Part shown: piece by piece, positions 17,183-25,995 of the stretch | How the letters are laid out: each line of letters opens with the position of its first letter | How positions within the stretch are numbered: position 1 is the first letter of the stretch | Source of the DNA: Bacteroidota bacterium | GTDB taxonomy: Bacteria > Bacteroidota > Bacteroidia > Bacteroidales > ML635J-15 | Assembly (NCBI GenBank): GCA_029564465.1 | Contig: JAKQPY010000096.1 | Span: 15,025-79,024, forward strand | Length of the DNA: 64,000 nucleotides | Direction of reading: 5' to 3' | Notes under the pieces: generated by a model | Told to the model about the DNA's origin: nothing | The model's input: only the letters and a program-made list of their open reading frames with translations | Database searches by the model: none | Made by a program: the position numbers and the translations under genes

Positions 17183-20100
17183 TTAACGCATCAGCAGAAT
17201 ATCACCGGTTTTAACGTATATCTCACCATTCCACATTTCGGCGCGAACAAAAAACTTATAGGTGTCGATATTCTGTAGTTCGCCTTTATGGTAGCCATCC
17301 CATCCCACGTTGATGTCATCGGTGAAGAACACTTCTTCGCCCCAGCGGTTGTATATGCGGAACTCAATAAAATGCTTAATTCCATAGCCTTTGGCGTACA
17401 CAATGCGGTTGGTTTCGTGTCCGAGCGGCGTAAAGGCCGAAGGTACATCAAGCGAATACTGCTCTATCACATAAATATCGACATAGTAATTGTGCCGGAA
17501 ACAACCCGAGGAATCTTCGACAACCACGGTGTAACGCTGGTTCTCTTTAGGGGTAAGCCACGGATTGGGACAAGCGGTGCACGAAATCTCGTATGCGGGC
17601 GTCCATACATAGCTTATTTCTTCCTGGTCGACCACCGACGTAACAAACACTGTATCCCCAATAATAATGGTATCGTAAACCGGAGTTACTTCGAACTCAG
17701 GTATCTGTTGCACCCAAATCTGCACGGAGTCGTTAGCAATACAGCCGTTTTCGTCGGTGAGTCGGGCATAATAGATGATGCTGCTGTCGGGCTCGATAAT
17801 CGGAGTAAGCGAATTTACATCGTTGATAAACTCGTTGGGTGACCACAACACCTGAGGGCCTCCGGTAACATACAATGCAATCTGGTCGCCCAGACAAATG
17901 AGCGTGTCGGGAATAATCTGCATGTCGGGCTGACCATATATCGTAATCGTTTGGGTAGCCGTATCGGTACAACCGAGCTCGTTCTGTCCGAAAATCCGGA
18001 CATTCACCAGCGAATCAATAATGCTGTTGTTGGTCATGCTGAAAGGCAATGTATCGGTTCCGGCAAAGTCGGTTCCGGCAACAGTCCAGATTACTGTATC
18101 GGCACCCTGTGTGGCATTAATCAGATCGAACTCAAACGGACTGCATGAAGCCGAAATAACATTGCCCAGCGAATCGTGTACCACAAAACCTGCAATTACC
18201 TGTTGCACGTAAACCGGCAGGGTTCTGGTAACCTGACATCCGGCGAATTCAACAATCAGTTGAACTTCGGTGAAGCCATCGGGTGGCATATCGGAAAAAA
18301 TAAAATCTACTGTTGTACTCGTGTACTGAATACCCCTTATGTACCATCGAATATTATAATCGCCCTGCATGTTGGTTATTTCGAAATGTACCGTATCGCC
18401 TAAACAAATGGTATCCTGCAAATAATAATAATTAAACACCGGTCCGTTGATGGTTACCTGTACCGAGTCGGCATCTATACAGCCATGCGCTGTGGTAGCC
18501 TCCAGTTTTACCCAGAATAACCCGGGGCTGTCGATAAAAAAGTCCTGTGGTTCATATACGGGCAGGGTATCGCCTGTGCCAAAAGTCCACTGCCACGACG
18601 GACTGTAGAGGCCCTCCTCGGTATGGTTGTTGATGTCGAGGAATGCAGGATAACAGTTGTAAATAGTTTGAGTAATATCAAAATCCACATCCATTCCCTG
18701 TACTTCCACATCAATCTCATCTACGTCAGTGCAGCCAAAACCGTCATCAATCTGAAGGGTGGCGGTAAAAATCCCGTCATCGGTATATGCATGTTCCGGG
18801 TTTATTGCAGTAGACGTTTCGCCATCGCCAAAATCCCAGTGGTAATTGAGTGCCGGATTATCGATTCCCGAATAGAATTGCACGGGTACATTCACGCATT
18901 CCACCGGATCGAGGGTGGTGACGGCTGCTTCGATACTTGAAACCACCACAAGGCCGGGTTCTGTAACTGTAGCTGAACATCCATTGGTATTCGATACGGT
19001 AAGACTGACATCGTAAGTGCCCGGTGCAAATTGTTTTTCGAAAGTAAGGGAATAATGCGACTGGGGAGAACCACTTACCTGCCAGACATTATAACTTAAC
19101 GGGTAATCACTCTGATAGGTAAACGAAAACGTAACATTAAGGCTGTTGCAGCCATGAGCGGGATCGGGATCGGTAACAATCTGAATCACTGGTCCGGACA
19201 CGTGAATGGTTTGCTGGGCAGTAAATTCACAGTTATTGTTATCGATAACGGTAAGGGTAACAATAAAATCGCCGTAACCTTCGAAAACATGATTTGTTAT
19301 CGGATTATCGGATGGCTCCTGGCTTGCACCGTCACCAAAATCCCAGGCATAGCTTACACCGGTTGAGCTTGCCGTTGCATCAAAATAGACAGTGGCACCA
19401 GAGCAAACCTCATTATCTGAAACAAAAAAGCTGGCATTTGTATCTATTACATCTACCCTCACCGAATCGACAAAATCGCAGCCTGTTTCGGTGCTGTAGG
19501 CTCGTACACGAGCCCAGTACACGCCATAACCGGGAAAGGTGAAACTGATTTGGTCGTCGGTACTGCCCGGTTCGCTGTATAAGTTATCGCTGCCGGTTTC
19601 TCCCTCATCGATAAACCAGTCCCAGGCCAGTGTCAGGTCATCGTCGGGGTGGGTGATATTTACGGTAAATGTATAATCGAAAGGATTTCCACATTCAAAT
19701 TCCTTTTGAATACTTTCGATAACAGGACCATTTATATAAAATATTGAATCGAGTTGCAGGGTATCGCGGCATCCGTTAAAATTGGTTACCAGCATCACCG
19801 AAACATATCCCGTATCCTGATCGAAAGCCCATTCGAGATATTCCTCATCGCTGTCGTCGTCAATCGAATCGAGCAGCCATTCAAATTCATCAACATCGGG
19901 GTTATCCCACATAGAATTGTAGATTCTGAAGGTGTCCTGAGCACAGTGTTCCAGTTCGGTAACTTCGTACCAGTCATTGATTCCCTCATCGAACAACATA
20001 AAGGTAAGTTCGCTTTCGATAGGGTTGCCCACATTCACGGTTTGTGTGGAGCTCGAGGTGCAATTACCATCGGTAACTGTGAGCGTAACTGTATATTCTC

Positions 20101-21637
20101 CTGCGTTTTGAAAAGTATGCGCAACCGGAGGTGCTTGTTCTACCGACGGACTCCCATCGCCAAAATTCCATGTATAGCCGGTGATGGTGGAACCTGATGT
20201 CCCGGTGTAATTAAAGGTTTCGAGGAGTGGTGCGCAACCTTCGCCTTCGGTAAAGGCAAATGTAGCATCGGGACTGTGAATAATCACCTGGGCAGACGTC
20301 GTAGCAATGCAACCATTTACCGAGGTAACCGTGAGAACAACCGGATAGGTGCCACTGGTTTGGTAGGTATGACTCGTGTTTGCCTGTGCCGACGACTCGC
20401 CATCGCCAAAAGTATAATTATACGAAGCCACGTTGGCACTTGAGGTGCTGGTAAAATCAACTTCGAATGGCACATTGCAGGTTGTCAGGCTGGCCGGGTC
20501 AGTGGTAAAACCTGCCGAAACTTCCTCGACAAATAGCTGAAAATCAATGTAATTCTCGCATTCTCCTCCGGGTTGAACCGTAAACCTTAAATTATAGGTT
20601 CCCGGGTTCACGAAGGAATAATTATAAATATTCAGGCTTGATGTTTGTCCGCCCCCGAAGTCCCACAGACAATTATATGCAGTAAGATTGGTGAAATGTA
20701 CCGTGGTATTGGGACAAATTACGCTGCCTGGTTGAACGGCGGTACTACCCACATACATACTGAAATCAGGGACCAATTCAGTAATATTTATGTAGTCGGT
20801 ATATGTTTCGGAGTTTGTGCATCCGTAAGCGTCGACCACCGTAAGGGTAACGTCAAAAATATTGGGAGTTGTGTATGTGTGCTGCACACTGGTACCGGAA
20901 CCATTGGGTGCGCCATCACCAAAACTCCAGAAAGCCTGATAACTCAGGTTTAAGGATGTGGTAACAATGCTCTGGAAATTCACAGGAAGGGGAGGTTGAC
21001 AGTAGCTTAGCGGGAACGCGGTGAAAGCTACCGAGGGTGTGTCGGAAACCGAAACCAGCGAAGGCACCGTTACCTGCGATGAACAATTGTGATTGTCGCG
21101 GACAATGAGCAGTACATTAAAAATGCCGGAAAAATCATAAATATGTTGTGGATTTTGCAATGTAGATAAAGGAGTCCCATCGTTAAAAAACCACTCCCAG
21201 CTATTGATAGTGCCATCTCCAGGAGTAGATGCATCATGAAATTGCACAAGAAGCCCATTACCATCTAAAGGTAAGCATCCAATCACCGGAGAATCACCGA
21301 TGATTGCCGTAGGTGGCTGATACACGATAATGGTAATATTATCGCCAGCATTACCGGCTGCGCACGACACATTCAAGGTTACAGTGTAGTTGCCGGCGTT
21401 TTGAAACACCGTTCCCGGATTTGCCTGTGAGGAGTTACCACCCGAGAAACCAAAATCCCATTGGTAATTCACCGCACCGGTACAATTTTGCACGGTAGAA
21501 GTAAACAACACTTCGAGCGGAGCACAACCTTCGAGGGTACTGGCACCTATATCTACCGTAACCTGTGCTCGCCCTGTAAGCGACAACAACAACAGCAAAA
21601 CAGCAGTGATTATTACATTTTTCACAGAGTATACCAT
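17183..21637 (-). CDS. giant PKD-repeat surface protein with T9SS type-B (gliding-motility-associated) C-terminal domain
   Basis: 1484 aa with a signal peptide. At least 10 PKD-type modules are marked by W.FGDG motifs (WDFGDGAS, WNFGDGSP, YTFGDGES and others). The C-terminus VPSAFTPLG...FRIYNRWGEEVF...GWDG...YKFFV matches the type-B CTD pattern. Confidence 0.85.
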   Translation of the reverse strand: MVYSVKNVIITAVLLLLLSLTGRAQVTVDIGASTLEGCAPLEVLFTSTVQNCTGAVNYQWDFGFSGGNSSQANPGTVFQNAGNYTVTLNVSCAAGNAGDNITIIVYQPPTAIIGDSPVIGCLPLDGNGLLVQFHDASTPGDGTINSWEWFFNDGTPLSTLQNPQHIYDFSGIFNVLLIVRDNHNCSSQVTVPSLVSVSDTPSVAFTAFPLSYCQPPLPVNFQSIVTTSLNLSYQAFWSFGDGAPNGSGTSVQHTYTTPNIFDVTLTVVDAYGCTNSETYTDYINITELVPDFSMYVGSTAVQPGSVICPNTTVHFTNLTAYNCLWDFGGGQTSSLNIYNYSFVNPGTYNLRFTVQPGGECENYIDFQLFVEEVSAGFTTDPASLTTCNVPFEVDFTSTSSANVASYNYTFGDGESSAQANTSHTYQTSGTYPVVLTVTSVNGCIATTSAQVIIHSPDATFAFTEGEGCAPLLETFNYTGTSGSTITGYTWNFGDGSPSVEQAPPVAHTFQNAGEYTVTLTVTDGNCTSSSTQTVNVGNPIESELTFMLFDEGINDWYEVTELEHCAQDTFRIYNSMWDNPDVDEFEWLLDSIDDDSDEEYLEWAFDQDTGYVSVMLVTNFNGCRDTLQLDSIFYINGPVIESIQKEFECGNPFDYTFTVNITHPDDDLTLAWDWFIDEGETGSDNLYSEPGSTDDQISFTFPGYGVYWARVRAYSTETGCDFVDSVRVDVIDTNASFFVSDNEVCSGATVYFDATASSTGVSYAWDFGDGASQEPSDNPITNHVFEGYGDFIVTLTVIDNNNCEFTAQQTIHVSGPVIQIVTDPDPAHGCNSLNVTFSFTYQSDYPLSYNVWQVSGSPQSHYSLTFEKQFAPGTYDVSLTVSNTNGCSATVTEPGLVVVSSIEAAVTTLDPVECVNVPVQFYSGIDNPALNYHWDFGDGETSTAINPEHAYTDDGIFTATLQIDDGFGCTDVDEIDVEVQGMDVDFDITQTIYNCYPAFLDINNHTEEGLYSPSWQWTFGTGDTLPVYEPQDFFIDSPGLFWVKLEATTAHGCIDADSVQVTINGPVFNYYYLQDTICLGDTVHFEITNMQGDYNIRWYIRGIQYTSTTVDFIFSDMPPDGFTEVQLIVEFAGCQVTRTLPVYVQQVIAGFVVHDSLGNVISASCSPFEFDLINATQGADTVIWTVAGTDFAGTDTLPFSMTNNSIIDSLVNVRIFGQNELGCTDTATQTITIYGQPDMQIIPDTLICLGDQIALYVTGGPQVLWSPNEFINDVNSLTPIIEPDSSIIYYARLTDENGCIANDSVQIWVQQIPEFEVTPVYDTIIIGDTVFVTSVVDQEEISYVWTPAYEISCTACPNPWLTPKENQRYTVVVEDSSGCFRHNYYVDIYVIEQYSLDVPSAFTPLGHETNRIVYAKGYGIKHFIEFRIYNRWGEEVFFTDDINVGWDGYHKGELQNIDTYKFFVRAEMWNGEIYVKTGDILLMR

Positions 21638-21662
21638 TTTTTATTTTTTGAAAATTTGGTTT

Positions 21663-21690
21663 TTTGTTCTAAACAAAAATACTATATTTG
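21663..21690 (+). promoter_or_regulatory. candidate promoter for the PorP/SprF gene
   Basis: TTTG at 21663-21666 and TATATTTG at 21683-21690. The 16-nt spacer is shorter than the usual 19-21. Confidence 0.3.
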
Positions 21691-21712
21691 ACCAACAAAA
21701 AAAGCAATTCTG

Positions 21713-22726
21713 GTGAAAATATTGAGAATATTGGCTTTGTTAATAGGTTGTTGCTTCGGTATAATAAAACTGAGCGCACAGGATATACATTTCAGCCAGT
21801 ACCAATACAGTCCGCTTACATTAAATCCGGCCCTGGCGGGTAATTTCGACGGCAACTGGCGCTTTTCGAACAATTACCGCAGGCAGTGGAGTACGGTGGG
21901 GATTCCTTATCAGACAATTTCGGCAGGTTTCGACAAACCGTTCAGAACAAAAAAGGGATACTGGGGTCTTGGTGCCATGTTTGTTAACGACCGTTCGGGT
22001 AGTGCATTTCTGAGTGTGAATAAACTGGGTATTTCGGTAGCCTATCATTTCCAGATTGCCGACGGGCATTATCTTGGCGTTGGAGTTTGCGGAGCCTATG
22101 CGGTGCAATCGTTTTCGATTGACGACCTTACTTTTCCGTCGCAGTTTAACGATTTAACAGGGTATTACGACCATACACTTCCGAACAATATGAATCAGTG
22201 GGACGAGAATATCGACTATCCCGATATAAGCGCCGGAATACAATACAGGTCGAACGCAGGCAGTAAAAAGCCCTATGGAGGTATAGCCCTCTACCATGTA
22301 AACTCACCGAAAGTTAGTTTTATCAGAGAAGATAACAGAATGAACCTGCGTGTAGCAGGACATGCCGGAATTAACATCATGCTCAACGATAAAATGTATG
22401 TTGAACCGCGTGTTTTATGCATGTACCAGAAAAAAGCTTCCGATTATGTTGCCGGAGTTGAGGCCGGATATTTTTTTCCTTTAAAAAGCATTGTTGAACA
22501 AGCCTATGTGGGAGCCTCGTTCCGTACTGCCTTTACCAGCTACGACGCACTGATCCTCTCGGGTGGAGTAGGGTTGTATCATTTTCTGATTGGAATCAGC
22601 TATGATGTCAACGTATCGCACCTGGCCACGGTGAGCAATATGCGGGGTGCTTTCGAACTGACAATTATTTATAAAGATATTACCAAATCGCTTGACCAGA
22701 TTACACTGCCCTGTGACCGCTATTAA
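21713..22726 (+). CDS. PorP/SprF family type IX secretion system membrane protein
   Basis: Signal peptide followed by the family signature QDIHFSQYQYSPLTLNPALAG. Beta-barrel-like composition. GTG start, so the exact start is uncertain. Confidence 0.8.
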   Translation: MKILRILALLIGCCFGIIKLSAQDIHFSQYQYSPLTLNPALAGNFDGNWRFSNNYRRQWSTVGIPYQTISAGFDKPFRTKKGYWGLGAMFVNDRSGSAFLSVNKLGISVAYHFQIADGHYLGVGVCGAYAVQSFSIDDLTFPSQFNDLTGYYDHTLPNNMNQWDENIDYPDISAGIQYRSNAGSKKPYGGIALYHVNSPKVSFIREDNRMNLRVAGHAGINIMLNDKMYVEPRVLCMYQKKASDYVAGVEAGYFFPLKSIVEQAYVGASFRTAFTSYDALILSGGVGLYHFLIGISYDVNVSHLATVSNMRGAFELTIIYKDITKSLDQITLPCDRY

Positions 22727-24836
22727 TTACAGATATATAGTTGCCTTACTGATTGGATTCCTTTTGTTACCATGGGTTTTGTCAGCACAAACCGATGCAC
22801 AGCAAATGAAACCCGGTCAGATAAAAAAATATGCAAAGCTGGCAGCCGAATCGGGCGATATATTTACAGCTATCGATTTTTATGAGATTTTTTTGAAGGA
22901 AAGGCCGGGTAATATTAAAGCGCTGCACGAATTGGGCAATTTATATTACCGTGAAAAGAACTATGTAAAAGCGGCCGATTGTCTGCGCAAGGCGTTTAAA
23001 GGCAACCGCGATAAATACATTTTGGATCAGTATTACTATGCCATGGCCCTTAAAACTATGGGAGAATATCTGGATGCTGAGCAACAATTCCAGATTTTTC
23101 AGCGATACCTTAAAAAAGACAAGCTGAAGGACACCTATGGTAAGATGGCTAAGATACATATCGAAAGTTTGAAATTAATACCGGAGCTTCAAAAACCAAC
23201 ACAGAATATTGTAATCACCCACCTCGACTCGGCTGTGAATAAACCCCATATCGAATTTTCGCCCATTCCTACCGAAGATGGAAAACTGATTTATGCTTCG
23301 TTGAAACAAGATAAGCTGGAATACTACGATCCGATTACCCAGAAACTACCTGTTCGTAAGTTTTATATGGCCTACGAAAAAAATGGGAAATGGGTAAACC
23401 TTGGCGAGTTCGATAAAACGATTAATGGCGAAAACCAGAATACCGGCAATGGAGCTTTCGCAGTAAACGGTAACAAGTTTTACTTTACCCGTTGCGAAAA
23501 ATCAGAACAGAATAAAGTAATCTGTAAAATTTTTTACAGTGTTAGCCTCCATAACGAATGGCAAGCGCCTATTGAATTGGGCGAGGAAATCAACATGCCC
23601 TTCTTTACATCGACAATGCCGGCTGTGGGTGTGTCGAAGCGTAATACCGATATTCTCTATTTTGTTTCCGACAGACCCGATGGGCGCGGTGGTCTCGACA
23701 TTTGGTTTACGGCGTACAACGACCGTAAGAACGAGTATGAAACCCCCAAAAACTGTGGTAAAAACATCAATACCCTGGGCAACGAGATTACACCTTATTA
23801 TAATATAGATACCAAAACACTGTACTTCAGTTCTGATTTGCATCCCGGACTGGGTGGTTACGATGTTTTCAAATCGTCGGGTGAAGGCAAGCAATGGACT
23901 GCAGCCGAGAACCTTGGTATTGGCATTAATTCCTCATTCGACGACTTATATTATACCCTAACTCCCAACCGACAGAAAGGATATTTTGTTTCGAACCGTA
24001 AAGGTACACAATCGATTCGTCACGAGAATTGCTGCGATGATATTTTCGAATTTGTGTATTCCGATTTCATTGTTATCGGGGTAACAGGTCAGGTATTCGG
24101 AATTACCGACAGCACATTCTTTAAAAGTATTGAGCACGATTATAAGGAGGATTTGCACCTCAATATCGAAGATGTTAGTCATAACAATGCCATCGAAGTA
24201 TTGTACAATTACCCTGTTTCGCTGTTTATGAAAGACAAAAACACCGGAAAAGACCTGTTTATTAAAACCGATAGCACCCGAAACGGCAATTACTTCTTCA
24301 ATCTGGAACAGGGAATTGATTATTACATTACAGTAAAAGACTTTAACCGGGTCGAAAAGCGGATCGATTTCACTACAAAGCCCATTACCAGTTCTGATAC
24401 CCTGGTACTCGATGCAATTATTGTGAATACCATTCCCAATCAGCCCTTTGTTGTAAACAACATTTATTACGAATTCGGACTGGCCCGATTAACCGATAAA
24501 GCCAAAACCACTATCGACAATACGATATACAGTCTGATGACAAAATATCCCCAGATTATTGTAGAAATCAGGTCGCATACCGACAGTGTTGCCAGCGACG
24601 AGTTTAATATGAAGCTTTCGCAGGACAGGGCGCAGAGCGTAGTGGATTATCTCATTGAGAAAGGAATTAGTCGGGACCGCCTGGTAGCCACAGGCTTTGG
24701 AGAGGCTTTCCCGATAGCCCCCAACACAAACCCTGATGGCACTGACAACCCTGACGGAAGGGCCAAAAACCGCAGAACCGAGTTCAGAATAATTGGTGCT
24801 ATCGAAGACTATTCCGATATTCTCTACGAGGATTAA
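22692..24836 (+). CDS. OmpA-family protein with N-terminal TPR and TolB-like beta-propeller repeats
   Basis: TPR region (ALHELGNLYYREKNYVKAADCL). Repeated 'NT.GNE..P....D..TLYF.S.R.GG.GG.DI' motifs. C-terminal OmpA domain (IEIRSHTDSVASDEFNMKLSQDRAQSV...NRRTEF). Non-ATG (TTG) start that overlaps the porP-like gene. Confidence 0.8.
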   Translation: MTRLHCPVTAINYRYIVALLIGFLLLPWVLSAQTDAQQMKPGQIKKYAKLAAESGDIFTAIDFYEIFLKERPGNIKALHELGNLYYREKNYVKAADCLRKAFKGNRDKYILDQYYYAMALKTMGEYLDAEQQFQIFQRYLKKDKLKDTYGKMAKIHIESLKLIPELQKPTQNIVITHLDSAVNKPHIEFSPIPTEDGKLIYASLKQDKLEYYDPITQKLPVRKFYMAYEKNGKWVNLGEFDKTINGENQNTGNGAFAVNGNKFYFTRCEKSEQNKVICKIFYSVSLHNEWQAPIELGEEINMPFFTSTMPAVGVSKRNTDILYFVSDRPDGRGGLDIWFTAYNDRKNEYETPKNCGKNINTLGNEITPYYNIDTKTLYFSSDLHPGLGGYDVFKSSGEGKQWTAAENLGIGINSSFDDLYYTLTPNRQKGYFVSNRKGTQSIRHENCCDDIFEFVYSDFIVIGVTGQVFGITDSTFFKSIEHDYKEDLHLNIEDVSHNNAIEVLYNYPVSLFMKDKNTGKDLFIKTDSTRNGNYFFNLEQGIDYYITVKDFNRVEKRIDFTTKPITSSDTLVLDAIIVNTIPNQPFVVNNIYYEFGLARLTDKAKTTIDNTIYSLMTKYPQIIVEIRSHTDSVASDEFNMKLSQDRAQSVVDYLIEKGISRDRLVATGFGEAFPIAPNTNPDGTDNPDGRAKNRRTEFRIIGAIEDYSDILYED

Positions 24837-25340
24837 TTACTCTATCTGCAGGCTTCGCAATACCATTTTCCTAGCATAATAAATCCGGCTTTTCACGGTG
24901 CCCATGGGTAATTGGTATCTTTCAGAAATTTCGCTGTATTTATAGCCTGAAATAAAATCGAAAAATGGCTCCCTGAATTTGCTGTCCAACCGGTTGATAC
25001 ATTGCACCACTTCCTTGTACAATAGCTGAGAATCGGGTGAAGGCTCGTAAGTGCAGGTATTGCTTACAATAGGCATCTTGTTGGAAACTGCCTCGGTAAG
25101 CACTTTTCGATATTGTACACTCCGACGGCGCTGGTTAATAAACTGGTGTTTCATAATCGTAAACAACCATGCCCGCAGACATGTGTCACTGGCAAGATTT
25201 CCTTTATAAGAAATAGCCTTGAGCATAGTGTCCTGGGTCAGGTCTTCGGCATCCTCCACATTTTCGGAAAGTGAAACAGCCCTGTCAATCAGCTGACCTC
25301 GTAAGTCAACAAGCTCGTTCTCGAATCCGGGAGTTCTCAT
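24837..25340 (-). CDS. ECF-type RNA polymerase sigma-70 family factor
   Basis: Region 2 (EDAEDLTQDTMLKA...WLFTIMKHQFINQRRR) and region 4 (YSEISERYQLPMGTVKSRIYYARK). The ATG at 25340 is preferred over 25397. No anti-sigma gene is adjacent. It is divergent from the hydrogenase cluster. Confidence 0.75.
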   Translation of the reverse strand: MRTPGFENELVDLRGQLIDRAVSLSENVEDAEDLTQDTMLKAISYKGNLASDTCLRAWLFTIMKHQFINQRRRSVQYRKVLTEAVSNKMPIVSNTCTYEPSPDSQLLYKEVVQCINRLDSKFREPFFDFISGYKYSEISERYQLPMGTVKSRIYYARKMVLRSLQIE

Positions 25341-25458
25341 GTGCTTACAATTTGTGGTTTCTATATCAAATATACAACGCACTGATTGCTTTCGCAAATA
25401 ATTTGTGTTTTAAAATATGCGTTGTTCACATTAAACTTATATTGTTATTGTTCTAACA

Positions 25459-25476
25459 TTGTTTTTTGTTTCACAA
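25459..25476 (+). promoter_or_regulatory. weak candidate Rex operator upstream of the hydrogenase cluster
   Basis: TTGTTTTTTGTTTCACAA compared with the Rex consensus TTGTGAA-N4-TTCACAA. The right half-site is perfect and the left half matches 4 of 7. It sits just upstream of the candidate -7 box. Confidence 0.2.
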
Positions 25477-25483
25477 ATATCAT

Positions 25484-25491
25484 TATCTTTG
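25484..25491 (+). promoter_or_regulatory. candidate -7 box (TAnnTTTG) for the hydrogenase cluster
   Basis: TATCTTTG lies 18 nt upstream of the ATG at 25509. A TTTG at 25465-25468 gives only a 15-nt spacer. Confidence 0.3.
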
Positions 25492-25508
25492 TAACTCAAT
25501 TATCAGTT

Positions 25509-25994
25509 ATGGGTTCCGCATTGGTGCAGGAAATAATTAGCGAAAAAAAAATCACCGACAAATCGGGACTGCTCATGCTGTTGCAGATATTGCAGGAACG
25601 GACAGGTGTGATTCAATATCATGATATTGTTGATATTTCGAAACAACTGGGCATAGCAGAAAGTAAAATATTCGGCATTGCCAGCTTTTACAATTACTTC
25701 CGATTTATCCCTAAAGGGAAATTTCACATCGAAATTTGTACGGGCACCTCTTGTTATCTTTGCGACTGCGAGAAGATGACAGCCGAACTTACACGGCTAA
25801 CCGGTCTCTCCAATGGAGAATTAAGTCGCGACGGACTAGTGTCGATAGAGCATACCGGATGTTTGGGGGGATGTTCGCAAGGTCCGGTTCTAAAAATCAA
25901 TGATAGTTTTTTTACACATGTTGATGTTGCGAAGCTCCGGAACCTTGTTTCTAAATTACAGTCGGGTGAGATGCCTGAAGAAATGAGCGTTTGA
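25509..25994 (+). CDS. NuoE/HydC-like thioredoxin-fold [2Fe-2S] subunit
   Basis: Cys pattern CTGTSC (Cx4C) ... CLGGC (Cx3C) with GPVLKIND, typical of NuoE/HndA. The ATG at 25509 was chosen. The ORF-track extension to 25386 is hydrophobic junk overlapping the divergent promoter. Confidence 0.85.
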   Translation: MGSALVQEIISEKKITDKSGLLMLLQILQERTGVIQYHDIVDISKQLGIAESKIFGIASFYNYFRFIPKGKFHIEICTGTSCYLCDCEKMTAELTRLTGLSNGELSRDGLVSIEHTGCLGGCSQGPVLKINDSFFTHVDVAKLRNLVSKLQSGEMPEEMSV

Positions 25995-25995
25995 A

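Noticed and set aside
25386-25508. Upstream extension of the NuoE-like ORF
   Set aside because: It is hydrophobic and low-complexity (LKYALFTLNLYCYCSNIVFCF). It overlaps the divergent sigma gene's start and the promoter region. NuoE homology begins at the ATG at 25509.
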